From: an uncultured Alphaproteobacteria bacterium
GTDB lineage: Bacteria > Pseudomonadota > Alphaproteobacteria > ATCC43930 > CGMCC-115725
Length of the DNA: 64,000 bases
Reading direction: 5' to 3'
Assembly (NCBI GenBank): GCA_963777435.1
Contig: CAVZQT010000004.1
Coordinates: forward strand, 960,730-1,024,729
Both the position numbers and the translations under genes were made by a program. Under the pieces are notes generated by a model, which was given only the letters and a program-made list of their open reading frames with translations, was not told the origin of the DNA and searched no databases. Below are positions 35,834 through 43,706 of the stretch, piece after piece. How positions within the stretch are numbered: the stretch's first letter is position 1; each line of letters begins with the position of its first letter.

Positions 35834-38229
35834 CTAGAAGCTGGATAGCGCAGCGCGTTTCCAGATGTTCGGCGCTGTACAGAAATAGAGGTAGTAGATA
35901 TCGGCTTGAATCTGGCCTACATTGCAATTCGCCGCGCTGGAGGTGGGTGTCCCGGGCGAAATCAAACCGCCGACCGCGTTTATTGTCTGTGGGGTGGCAT
36001 TCACGACCCGGAAATTACTTCCATCAAAGCGAAGCTGAAGGAACTCGTAGTTCTGACCTGGTGCCAGAGCGATTGTCGAAACGGAAGCTCCACCTTGCGC
36101 CGGCTCAAGTATCCACCCACCAGAAACGCTATTGACATGAATGGAGAGCGGCTTCCCATTGTCAGTCGCAAAGCCCATCGTCCACCCTGTCGTGATTGCA
36201 GTTGCCGGCGGCAAGGTGACGGTCAACCCTGCTGCGGTGTTGTAACTCGACAGCGCGTTGCCATTATCGTTTTGTCCCGCGGTATAGGTTGGAGTCGCAG
36301 GGAAACTCCAGCGAGCGAGATCCGAGGCGGATCCTGCAATTCCTATAACGGCAGCCGTTCCCGGCGTCGTTTGAGTTACTCGGAAATTGGTCCCGTCGAA
36401 CTTTAACACCAGGAGCTCGTAGTTGGTCGATGCGAGGGATACCGTAGTAGCCAAATTGCCGCTTCCAGGATAAAGGATGTGGCCGCCCGCAACCCCGTTG
36501 ACCTGGATCGACATAGCCTTATTGTTGTCCGTTGTCACGGCGAACGTCCACCCCATCGCAAGCGCGGTGGTTGGCGGCAGTGTAACGGCCATATATGAAG
36601 CGGGGCTGTTATAGCTAGATACCGCATTGCCGTTATCGACGACCGTGGCACTGTAACTGCTTGTCGTTGGAAAAGTCCAGTGACTGATTTCGCCGGTACC
36701 GATCATGCCATTCGATTGCGCAGTCGCAGGAGTCGCCTCTACCAGTCTAAAGTTGCCGCCTCCATCATACTGCAATACCGCAAATTCATATGCTCCCTGC
36801 GCGGTATTAGCCAAAGCCATGTTGGTGGCGGCGCTGCCGCTGCCCGGCCAGACGATGTGCCCACCTGAAGTGGCATTGACCTGGACAGAGAGAGCCTTGC
36901 CATTGTCGGTAGCGAGACCGATGCTCCAGCCAGTTGGCAGATTTGTGATTGGCGGCAAGGTTACTGTTAGACCCGTGAAGGTATTGTAGCTCGACAAAAT
37001 GTTACCGTTATCGCCTAAGGTCGCGGCGTAGCCCGCTGTTGCCGGATATAGCCAGTTACTCGGCCATGGTGGGGGCTCAAACCCCATATTAAGCCGCGTG
37101 TTACGCGTTGCCGACACCATCCGCCAGTTATTGCCGTCGGATTGCAGTCGCACATACTCATAGTTGCCGGACCCAAGCGTCACCGATTGGACAAACTTGC
37201 CGCCCGACAATATACTGCCGGATGGCGCGGTAACAGTCATTCCTTTACCGTTGTCGGTGGCGACCGCAAGAGACCAGCCAGGATTTACAGTGTTGACGGG
37301 TGGAAGCGTAACAGTCATTGAAGAACCCGGGGCGTTGTAGCTGGAGATGGCCAGCCCCTCATCGACCGGCGCGGCGGTGTAAGTCGCCGTTGTTGGAAAC
37401 ATCCACTGGGGCCGGGAACCTGTTCCCTGCACCGTTATCCCGACTGAGTTTGGGCCGTAATTGCTGACATTACCGCCGTAATTTGGATTGAGGACAACGT
37501 TGCCCAAACTGGCGGTCGCATCGATTGCGGTGACACAGTCAAAATAGGGGGAGACAAAAGTATTGAGCCCGTTGTGGTTGAATGTGATCGACAGACATGT
37601 GGGCGACACTTCAAGATCAAGCGCAAAAAACGTGTTCGAAAAATTATAGCCGTTCTCCAACACTAAGCCTCGGCCGCCTACGGCTGCCGCTGTTGCGGCA
37701 CCGGAGATGTGGGAGAATTGGACTTGTTCGAGCGCCATTCCCGCGGCGCCGCCTGCAGAATCGCAAATTGCGTATATGTCGCTATCGAGCATGTAGTTGA
37801 ATTGACACGCACCAGCGGCCGAGCTGGCGCTCTTGTTATTTACGATGAGGTGATCTATCTTTATGGAATTCTGAGCGTCTGAAAAGTTGGGAAGGCCGAC
37901 AATGACAGCGTATCCCGGTGTATTCGCGTTAACGAAAAGCGAGCCTTCTTCTCTGAAATAAAAACATCCTGTTGGGTTGGTCGGACTGCCTCCGCCACAT
38001 AGAATTTGTAGTACCGGTCCCGCAGTGACTCCTCGGCCATCGAGCACGGCGCCGCGCGAGGTTAAGCGGAATCCGTTCGATGCCTGGCTCGCGTAGTCAA
38101 CGAAGAGGGGCGAGGTAATCTTATAAGTTCCGGCCGGAAAATGAACAGGCCAATTATTCGCCACCGCGCTATTAATCGTGCTTTGGACCGCGTTGGTGTC
38201 GTCATGGACATCGTCGCCAACAGCCCCGT
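35834..38229 (-). pseudogene. pectate-lyase-fold tailspike-like protein, C-terminal fragment (IS-interrupted)
   Basis: Begins ..GAVGDDVHDDTNAVQSTINSAVANNWPVHFPAGTYKITSPL, the beta-helix N-cap motif of pectate-lyase-superfamily tailspikes. Followed by four ~120-aa tandem repeats. Confidence 0.8.
35990..37405 (-). repeat. four tandem ~117-125-aa coding repeats
   Basis: Each unit has the form W.FP.T..Y.A...DNGN..SSYN......TVTLPP.....GW......DNGK......V....GG.I..P......................YE...L..DG.NFR.V..TP. The units begin at aa 468, 585, 710 and 833 of the 990-aa track ORF. Confidence 0.85.
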
Positions 38230-39643
38230 GAGCTATCGCCGAATTTTGGTGATGGTCCAAGGGTTCAGGCGGCGGCGGTTCGGGATTGCGAGGACGTCGG
38301 GTTGGCGGCGACTTCGATCCCGTCAGTGAACCTGACACCTTGAATGAGCTTGGGCAACTGGTTGTGGCCATCGAGCCTGCGCCAGCTTTTCTGCGCCGCA
38401 TCGACGAGCTTGAATACCATGGCGAGCGCCGTCCTATTCGACAGGCAGCCCTTCGAGCGGATCGTGCGGTGCCGTACGGTGGCAAAGGTGCTCTCGATCG
38501 GGTTCGAGGTCCGCAGATGTTTCCAGTGTTCGGCAGGGAAATCGTAGAATGCGAGCAGGGCCTGGCGATCCTTTGCCAGGCACTCGGCGGCCTTATCGTA
38601 TTTGAGCTGGTAGGCTGCGATGAAGGCGTCGAACGCGGCCTCGGCGTCCTTGCTCGTCTCCGCCATCCAGATCTCCTGTAAGGCCCGCTTGGCTTTGGGC
38701 TGCTGGCTTTTCGGCAGTTTGTTGAGGACGTTGGCGGTCTTGTGCACCCAGCAGCGTTGCTCGCGTGTGGCCGGCCACAGCTCGCCGAGCGCCTTCCAGA
38801 AGCCAAGCGCGCCGTCGGCGACGGCGAGTTCGGGCGTGACGACCAGGCCTCGGTTCTGCAAATCGATCAGCAGCTCCCGCCAATCCTGCGCGCTTTCGCG
38901 CGCGCCGTCAGTGAAGCCGAGCAGCTCCTTCCTGCCCTCCGGCGTCGCGCCGATGATCACCAGGATGCATTGCTTGGCGTCTTCGAGGCGGGCCTGCAGG
39001 TAAATGCCGTCGGCCCACACGTAGACGTAGCGCTTGGCCGACAGATCGCGCTTCTTCCAGTGCTCGTGCTCGTCGATCCAGACCTCCTTCAGCCGGGCAA
39101 TGGTCGAGGCCGACAGGCCCGGCGCATCCTTGCCGAGCAGGGCCGCAAGCGCCTCCTCGAAATCGCCGGTCGAGATGCCTTTCAGGTAAAGGATCGGGAT
39201 CAGCACCTCCAGGCTGCGGGAGCGCCGTGCATAGGGCGGCAGGATCGCGGGGGTGAAGCGGATGCGCCCGGCGTCATCGGCAGCGCCACGGTCGCGCACG
39301 CGCGGTTGGCGCACGCCGACCGGGCCAATGCCGGTCATCACCTCGCGTTCAGGCAGATGCCCGTGCCGGACCATGCGGTTCAGGCCAGTAGCGGTCTTCA
39401 GATCGACATGCTTGGCCAGGAATTCGGCCACCTCGGCCTCGATCGCTTGGGCCAGTAGGGCGCGCGCTCCGTTGCGCAGCACCTCGGTGAGCGGGTCGGC
39501 GAATGACCCTGGTTGAAGCAGCTTGACGACGTTAGCATCGGACACGGCGTATCACTCCTTTGCGGGAGAAGTGGAGGCGCGAACACCCCCACGATACGCC
39601 GCCTTCATCCCGTCAGCCCGTCACCAACTTCCGCCCATAGCTC
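38230..39643 (-). mobile_element. IS256-family insertion sequence (1414 bp)
   Basis: Imperfect terminal inverted repeats (GAGCTATCGCCGAATTTTGGTGATGGTC vs GAGCTATGGGCGGAAGTTGGTGACGGGC, 21/28 identical). Identical 9-bp direct repeats CAGCCCCGT at 38221-38229 and 39644-39652. One transposase ORF. Confidence 0.92.
38265..39545 (-). CDS. IS256/Mutator-family transposase
   Basis: 426-aa ORF with the family pattern (YVWADGIYLQARLED, LVIIGATPEGRKELLG, ESAQDWRELLIDLQNRGL, QRCWVHKTANVLNKLP). Confidence 0.92.
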   Translation of the reverse strand: MSDANVVKLLQPGSFADPLTEVLRNGARALLAQAIEAEVAEFLAKHVDLKTATGLNRMVRHGHLPEREVMTGIGPVGVRQPRVRDRGAADDAGRIRFTPAILPPYARRSRSLEVLIPILYLKGISTGDFEEALAALLGKDAPGLSASTIARLKEVWIDEHEHWKKRDLSAKRYVYVWADGIYLQARLEDAKQCILVIIGATPEGRKELLGFTDGARESAQDWRELLIDLQNRGLVVTPELAVADGALGFWKALGELWPATREQRCWVHKTANVLNKLPKSQQPKAKRALQEIWMAETSKDAEAAFDAFIAAYQLKYDKAAECLAKDRQALLAFYDFPAEHWKHLRTSNPIESTFATVRHRTIRSKGCLSNRTALAMVFKLVDAAQKSWRRLDGHNQLPKLIQGVRFTDGIEVAANPTSSQSRTAAA

Positions 39644-39839
39644 CAGCCCCGTTACAGCGCACATCTAACCATGGGCGACCCGAACACATCATTACGTCCC
39701 CGCCCAGAGTTGCGGGCCCGGTAGTGGATAAAGTCGAGAACGTCCCAGGTGATTGCGAAAAGGCTGGTTTAGATCCGTTTATTTGGAAAGCTGCAAACGC
39801 GATTGCCGATTGGACGATAAAGGAAAAGAGCTTCGCCAC
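39644..39839 (-). pseudogene. tailspike-like protein, N-terminal fragment (IS-interrupted)
   Basis: MAKLFSFIVQSAIAFAAFQING...CSGRPWLDVRCNGA. Joining it to 38229 through one copy of the target duplication restores ..DVRCNGAVGDDVHDD.. in frame (860 aa in total). Confidence 0.8.
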
Positions 39840-39964
39840 CGATGTTTCCCTTCTGCTGCTGCTGCGGCGTAGGGTGCCGCGGCGCGGCTCTGTGGCGGGG
39901 CAATATCAAGAATGTAGGGAAGCCCAGCAACCGATATAATCTCTATCAGAGGGTACGAAGACGC

Positions 39965-40402
39965 TTACCAGCGTCGTGCCGCGTAAGCCTGTCCAGTGGT
40001 TGTGCCGTAAAGGCTGATCGCGCCGGCCGGCTTGTAACCCGATGGAGTCGCAAACACAGCCCCTGCTGAAATGGGTATCGAAGCACCTCCAGGTGTGGCG
40101 AAACCTACGTCTGAAACGTAGAGCGTAGCGCCCGAGTTGTTTGCAACCAGCCACCCATTGCTAGGAACGATCCCGCCGAAAAGGCTTTGCGCAGTGCCCC
40201 CACTTTGGACCGTGCCGCTCCCGTCCATCGCGGCCGAACCAACGGAGTTGATAACGGGCAATGGCGCCGTAGTACTTACTGGGGTCGCGACGCCAGCTAC
40301 CGATATCGCGGGAATATGCACTGGCACCAGGTTGCCCGAGCTATCAAAGCCGGTCGCCAAAGACTGGGTCGTGGTATTCGCATCCTTTACCAATAGCGCC
40401 AC
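39965..40402 (-). CDS. hypothetical phage protein (145 aa)
   Basis: ORF 15 nt downstream of the terminase gene. G/S/T/A-rich and beta-type. Confidence 0.5.
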   Translation of the reverse strand: MALLVKDANTTTQSLATGFDSSGNLVPVHIPAISVAGVATPVSTTAPLPVINSVGSAAMDGSGTVQSGGTAQSLFGGIVPSNGWLVANNSGATLYVSDVGFATPGGASIPISAGAVFATPSGYKPAGAISLYGTTTGQAYAARRW

Positions 40403-40416
40403 AAGGGGCTCCTGTG

Positions 40417-41787
40417 TCAGCCGCAGAGATTTGAACGGTTAACGTTTGACTCTTGATCACTGAGCTGCCGATAGGCGTCGTAAATCCCTTGTCCTGACAT
40501 CGGCGTCACGAGTAACTCAGTTAATGCCCAGACCAATGCGTCGACTCGATCGGGCGAATATCGTGCGCCAGTGCCCCCGACGCTGGACTCGGTTCTCCGA
40601 GTAAGCGTGCACATCTGATCTTCGAGCTTAGGAAACGCGCCAAGATGATGCACTTTGCCCTGCTCGTATAGGGCTGCAATCGGTTCGGCACGCGTGACCT
40701 TGCCTCGCGAAGCACGAACGCTTGTAAAAGGCACATTCGGATCGATCATCCGAATGGTGGTCTCTACCATCTCGCCGCCGTTGTTTACTTCGGCGACGAT
40801 CCGGTCGGCGTGATGCGTGTGGTACGCCGCGATTGCAGCATTGGCCCACTCAATTGGCCGATATCGGCCTGATAGATCTGACAATACCCAGCCGTGACCT
40901 ACGCTGTCCCGGCCCGCGACGATAATGCCGGTTTCATCTGCCATTTCTCCACAAGTAGCTGCGGGATCAATCGCAACCACAATTCTGGACAAAGGTGGGG
41001 CGCTGCGAACTCGAGCAGCCTCAATGAGGCCGCGACTCCATAACCCGCCGGGCAGCTCGTCCAGGATTTCAGCCTCAATTTCTTGCCGACCGAGTCGGGT
41101 GCCCTCGTATTTGCGCACTATCTGATCGAGAAAATCAGGCGCGAGATTCGCCCGGTTTTGATAAGTGGTGCCGCGCGTCACCGCGACCGCAGGGTCTTTG
41201 AGTAACGCTCGCAGCAATGGCGTTGGCCGCGGCGTCGTCGTGACAACGACCCGTGGATCGTCACCCAAACGCAAACCAAACATCAGCATGTCCCGTGCTT
41301 CTGGATAACGCCAACTGGTGAGTTCGTCGCACCAAGCTGTATCATGCTGCGGCCCACGCAGACGCTCAGGCTCATCCGCGCTGTAAAAAGTCGCAGTTGC
41401 CCCATTATGCCAAGTCAGCCGTCGCCGGGAAGGTTCATAACGTGGTCGATCCCAGTGCGGCGAGATTGCTAGAATCCCGCTCTCGCCCTCCACCATTATA
41501 TCCCGCGCATCGGCCGCAGTAGGGGCGACCAGGGCTAGGCGGCGGGCCCGTCTTTCAGCAACACTCGATCGCACGAGTTCGGCTCCAGCTCGAGTCTTGC
41601 CGAATCCCCGACCAGCAAGCAATAACCAAACCCGCCAGGGTCCGCTCGGGGGAAGCTGATTTGGGCGAGCCCAGAACCGCCAATCGTGCAGCAGTGCGAG
41701 GGCCTCCCGTGGGCTCAGCGCGTCAAGGACGCCATCCCGAAGCTTATCTGGAAGCGAGGCAAGCCCACTTGCTTGCAAGCACCTCAA
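40417..41787 (-). CDS. terminase large subunit (GTA g2-like)
   Basis: LHDWRFWARPNQLPPSGPWRVWLLLAGRGFGKTRAGAELV (Walker A-like) and 456 aa in length. Apparently intact. Confidence 0.88.
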   Translation of the reverse strand: MRCLQASGLASLPDKLRDGVLDALSPREALALLHDWRFWARPNQLPPSGPWRVWLLLAGRGFGKTRAGAELVRSSVAERRARRLALVAPTAADARDIMVEGESGILAISPHWDRPRYEPSRRRLTWHNGATATFYSADEPERLRGPQHDTAWCDELTSWRYPEARDMLMFGLRLGDDPRVVVTTTPRPTPLLRALLKDPAVAVTRGTTYQNRANLAPDFLDQIVRKYEGTRLGRQEIEAEILDELPGGLWSRGLIEAARVRSAPPLSRIVVAIDPAATCGEMADETGIIVAGRDSVGHGWVLSDLSGRYRPIEWANAAIAAYHTHHADRIVAEVNNGGEMVETTIRMIDPNVPFTSVRASRGKVTRAEPIAALYEQGKVHHLGAFPKLEDQMCTLTRRTESSVGGTGARYSPDRVDALVWALTELLVTPMSGQGIYDAYRQLSDQESNVNRSNLCG

Positions 41788-41973
41788 GAACCCTCCGCGA
41801 GACCAGCGATAATTGTAATATACCCTGTACCGGACAATGGAATAGACGAGATGTTCTAAGGCTCGATACAGCTCGGGTTTATCGAATTTCTATCAAGAGC
41901 CAAGCCGTTTTGGGAATATCGGTAGGACTTAGCTCTTGAAGGGCGACGCGATTTCGAGCGTTCAGAGTTTATA

Positions 41974-42618
41974 TCAGATCGATCCGGCTTTGTCAATTAA
42001 ACAATCCGACTTTCGCAACGGCTGGCGGTGGCCATAGTACGTTTCAAGCGCCCCAAGCGTAGCGACCAGAATACCCGAGGCAGCCTCTTGACTGACCCGG
42101 CGTCCATTCCATCCTTGTTCCAAGGCCCATTCCTTGAGCGAGCGTTCCCATCCTACCACGTGCCACAAACACGAGCCGCCAGGCGAAGCAGGACCGCCTA
42201 CTGCCACGATCGCCCGCCACACATGCTCACGGGCATTTTCGACGCGCAACCCCGATCCGCCAACATCTGGTGCGCGTCCCATTGTGCCACGTCTCGGGCG
42301 TGAATAGTCGAGAGCGCGCAACGGGTCGAGTTGGGCGATGACAAACCGGGATCGAAAATCTTCTGCAGCCTGGCGCATGCCCGCCGTGATCGAGCCCCGC
42401 CGTTCCATGGTCGCAAGAGTATCGACAGCACGATAGGGCCGAGCCGTCCGCCCGGTTTCATCGGCAATCGGGCGCGGGAGCTGCTCAATCCGCCCATGTT
42501 GTTGACGCTCTTTGTTCGGGACGTCGAACTCGGCGGCTGCGCTGGCGCTCTTTTCGCCTGAAATTCGACGTGTCACGAAAATCCTCCTATGGAAACAAAT
42601 AGAGAACAAATTAATCAC
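41974..42618 (-). CDS. conserved hypothetical protein upstream of the terminase (possible DNA-binding / small-terminase role)
   Basis: 214-aa ORF. The segment RGSITAGMRQAAEDFRSRF...SPGGSCLWHVVGWERSLKEWALEQGW looks like a conserved alphaproteobacterial phage protein. The true start is probably internal. Confidence 0.45.
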   Translation of the reverse strand: MINLFSICFHRRIFVTRRISGEKSASAAAEFDVPNKERQQHGRIEQLPRPIADETGRTARPYRAVDTLATMERRGSITAGMRQAAEDFRSRFVIAQLDPLRALDYSRPRRGTMGRAPDVGGSGLRVENAREHVWRAIVAVGGPASPGGSCLWHVVGWERSLKEWALEQGWNGRRVSQEAASGILVATLGALETYYGHRQPLRKSDCLIDKAGSI

Positions 42619-42916
42619 GAAAAGAGCGCAACGTTTGCTCCAGGCGCCTCAAGAAGCGCCGAGATGGCTCAGCTCCGTCTCGGGAGCGGCGGCCGCCAAC
42701 AGCGTTTGCGAGTGCTTCAACTTCGCAAAGGCGCCGCTTTTCCTCAATCGTTCCGCAAGGCACATGGCAAAGTGCGTGGTGCTCCTGGCAATAGGGAGAG
42801 GCGGCGCGCCGCTGCTTCCCGCAGCTTTGGTGAACTCCCCCTTCCGCTACGATGAAAGCGCAACCGATATTGTCACTTCGGGGGACGGCTAGAAACTCGA
42901 AGACTGAATCCCTCAT
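42611..42916 (-). CDS. small Cys-rich protein with a GcrA-like C-terminal motif
   Basis: GCAFIVAEGGVHQSCGKQRRAASPYCQEHHALCHV resembles the C.(W/F)P.G....CG......PYC..H motif of GcrA-type regulators. First gene of the operon divergent from the repressor. Confidence 0.4.
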   Translation of the reverse strand: MRDSVFEFLAVPRSDNIGCAFIVAEGGVHQSCGKQRRAASPYCQEHHALCHVPCGTIEEKRRLCEVEALANAVGGRRSRDGAEPSRRFLRRLEQTLRSFRD

Positions 42917-42940
42917 CTTGATCCTCCCGCCAAACGCTGA

Positions 42941-42997
42941 CTTGCCCTATTTGCATCGTGATGATATCATAATCCGGATCGATGTCAATATGGCAAG
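42941..42997. promoter_or_regulatory. candidate operator region in the divergent repressor / early-gene intergenic
   Basis: 18-bp imperfect inverted repeat CTTGCCCTATTTGCATCG (42941-42958) / CGATGTCAATATGGCAAG (42980-42997), 15/18 complementary. It encloses a perfect 10-bp palindrome ATGATATCAT (42961-42970). Confidence 0.4.
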
Positions 42998-43221
42998 TTA
43001 CCATTATCGCAATGGACTCCTCCTGGTTCCAATATGCGCTCGACCGGATCGGGGCTACTCAGGCTGACCTCGCGCGCCATCTTCGGCTCGCTCCATCAGC
43101 AGTTTCGCGGATGCTCAGGGGCGATCGGCAAATGAAGCAACTCGAAACAGTCCAAATAGCCGGATTCCTCGGGGTCTCCCCTGACGAGGTGCTGCGCCAT
43201 TCCGTTGCCGGCTCTGCCTGA
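42982..43221 (+). CDS. XRE/CI-type helix-turn-helix protein (N-terminal half of a CI-like repressor?)
   Basis: GATQADLARHLRLAPSAVSRMLRGDRQM is an HTH_XRE pattern. The likely true start is the ATG at 43012 (MDSSWFQYALDRIG). Confidence 0.7.
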   Translation: MSIWQVTIIAMDSSWFQYALDRIGATQADLARHLRLAPSAVSRMLRGDRQMKQLETVQIAGFLGVSPDEVLRHSVAGSA

Positions 43222-43681
43222 GACGGCGAATGCCGACATGCCGCGACATGGGCGTGGGCGTCCCCCTTCGGGGTCAGCAGCTGGGATCTCTCGTTCCGCG
43301 GATGTAATACCTATCCGTAGCGCCGGGCGCGGCGGCACCGATCAGGCGATGTTCCTCGAAGATGGTCCGATCGGGTATACATCGCGACCATCAAATCTCA
43401 GCGGGGTACGCTCGGCCTATGCGATCTATATGGTCGGTAATAGCATGGAACCGCGCTACGAACCCGGCTGGCTACTGCACGTCAATCCTTTCAAGCCGCC
43501 AACCCGAGGCCGCGATGTCGTCGTCTATAAGCGGGGGCAAGCTGTACTGATCAAGCAGTTTGTAGGCTGGGAAGGTGATACCCTGCTGCTCCGGCAACTA
43601 AATCCGCCCGACAACTTGCGGATTCCGCGCACAGAGGTTGAGGAATGTCACCTTATCGTGGGCACCGATCAGGAGGGCTAA
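43205..43681 (+). CDS. S24 LexA/CI-type peptidase domain protein (C-terminal half of a CI-like repressor?)
   Basis: VGNSMEPRYEPGWLLHV (catalytic Ser) and AVLIKQF (Lys). In the +1 frame relative to the HTH ORF and overlapping it by 17 nt. Confidence 0.7.
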   Translation: MPALPETANADMPRHGRGRPPSGSAAGISRSADVIPIRSAGRGGTDQAMFLEDGPIGYTSRPSNLSGVRSAYAIYMVGNSMEPRYEPGWLLHVNPFKPPTRGRDVVVYKRGQAVLIKQFVGWEGDTLLLRQLNPPDNLRIPRTEVEECHLIVGTDQEG

Positions 43682-43706
43682 GCGAGTTCAAGTGCTCAGA
43701 GCCGAT

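Larger units (their letters stand above)
9635..43681 (-). mobile_element. defective siphovirus/GTA-like prophage element (no integrase seen)
   Basis: Uninterrupted minus-strand late-operon gene order from a CI-like repressor (right end) to a spanin-like pair (left end). Carries several nonsense and frameshift lesions and one IS insertion. Boundaries are approximate; I found no att repeats by eye. Confidence 0.8.

Noticed and set aside
35990-37405. Diversity-generating retroelement (template/variable repeat pair) in the repeated tailspike region.
   Set aside because: There is no reverse transcriptase ORF in the window. The repeats are in-frame protein domains diverged at all codon positions, not adenine-specific differences between two near-identical DNA copies.
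38230-38806. The first ~190 aa of the 990-aa track ORF (35834..38806), which would make one giant protein.
   Set aside because: That part is an Arg/Ser/Pro-rich out-of-frame read-through across the IS256 element, overlapping the transposase gene. The real gene resumes at 39644..39839 on the other side of the IS.
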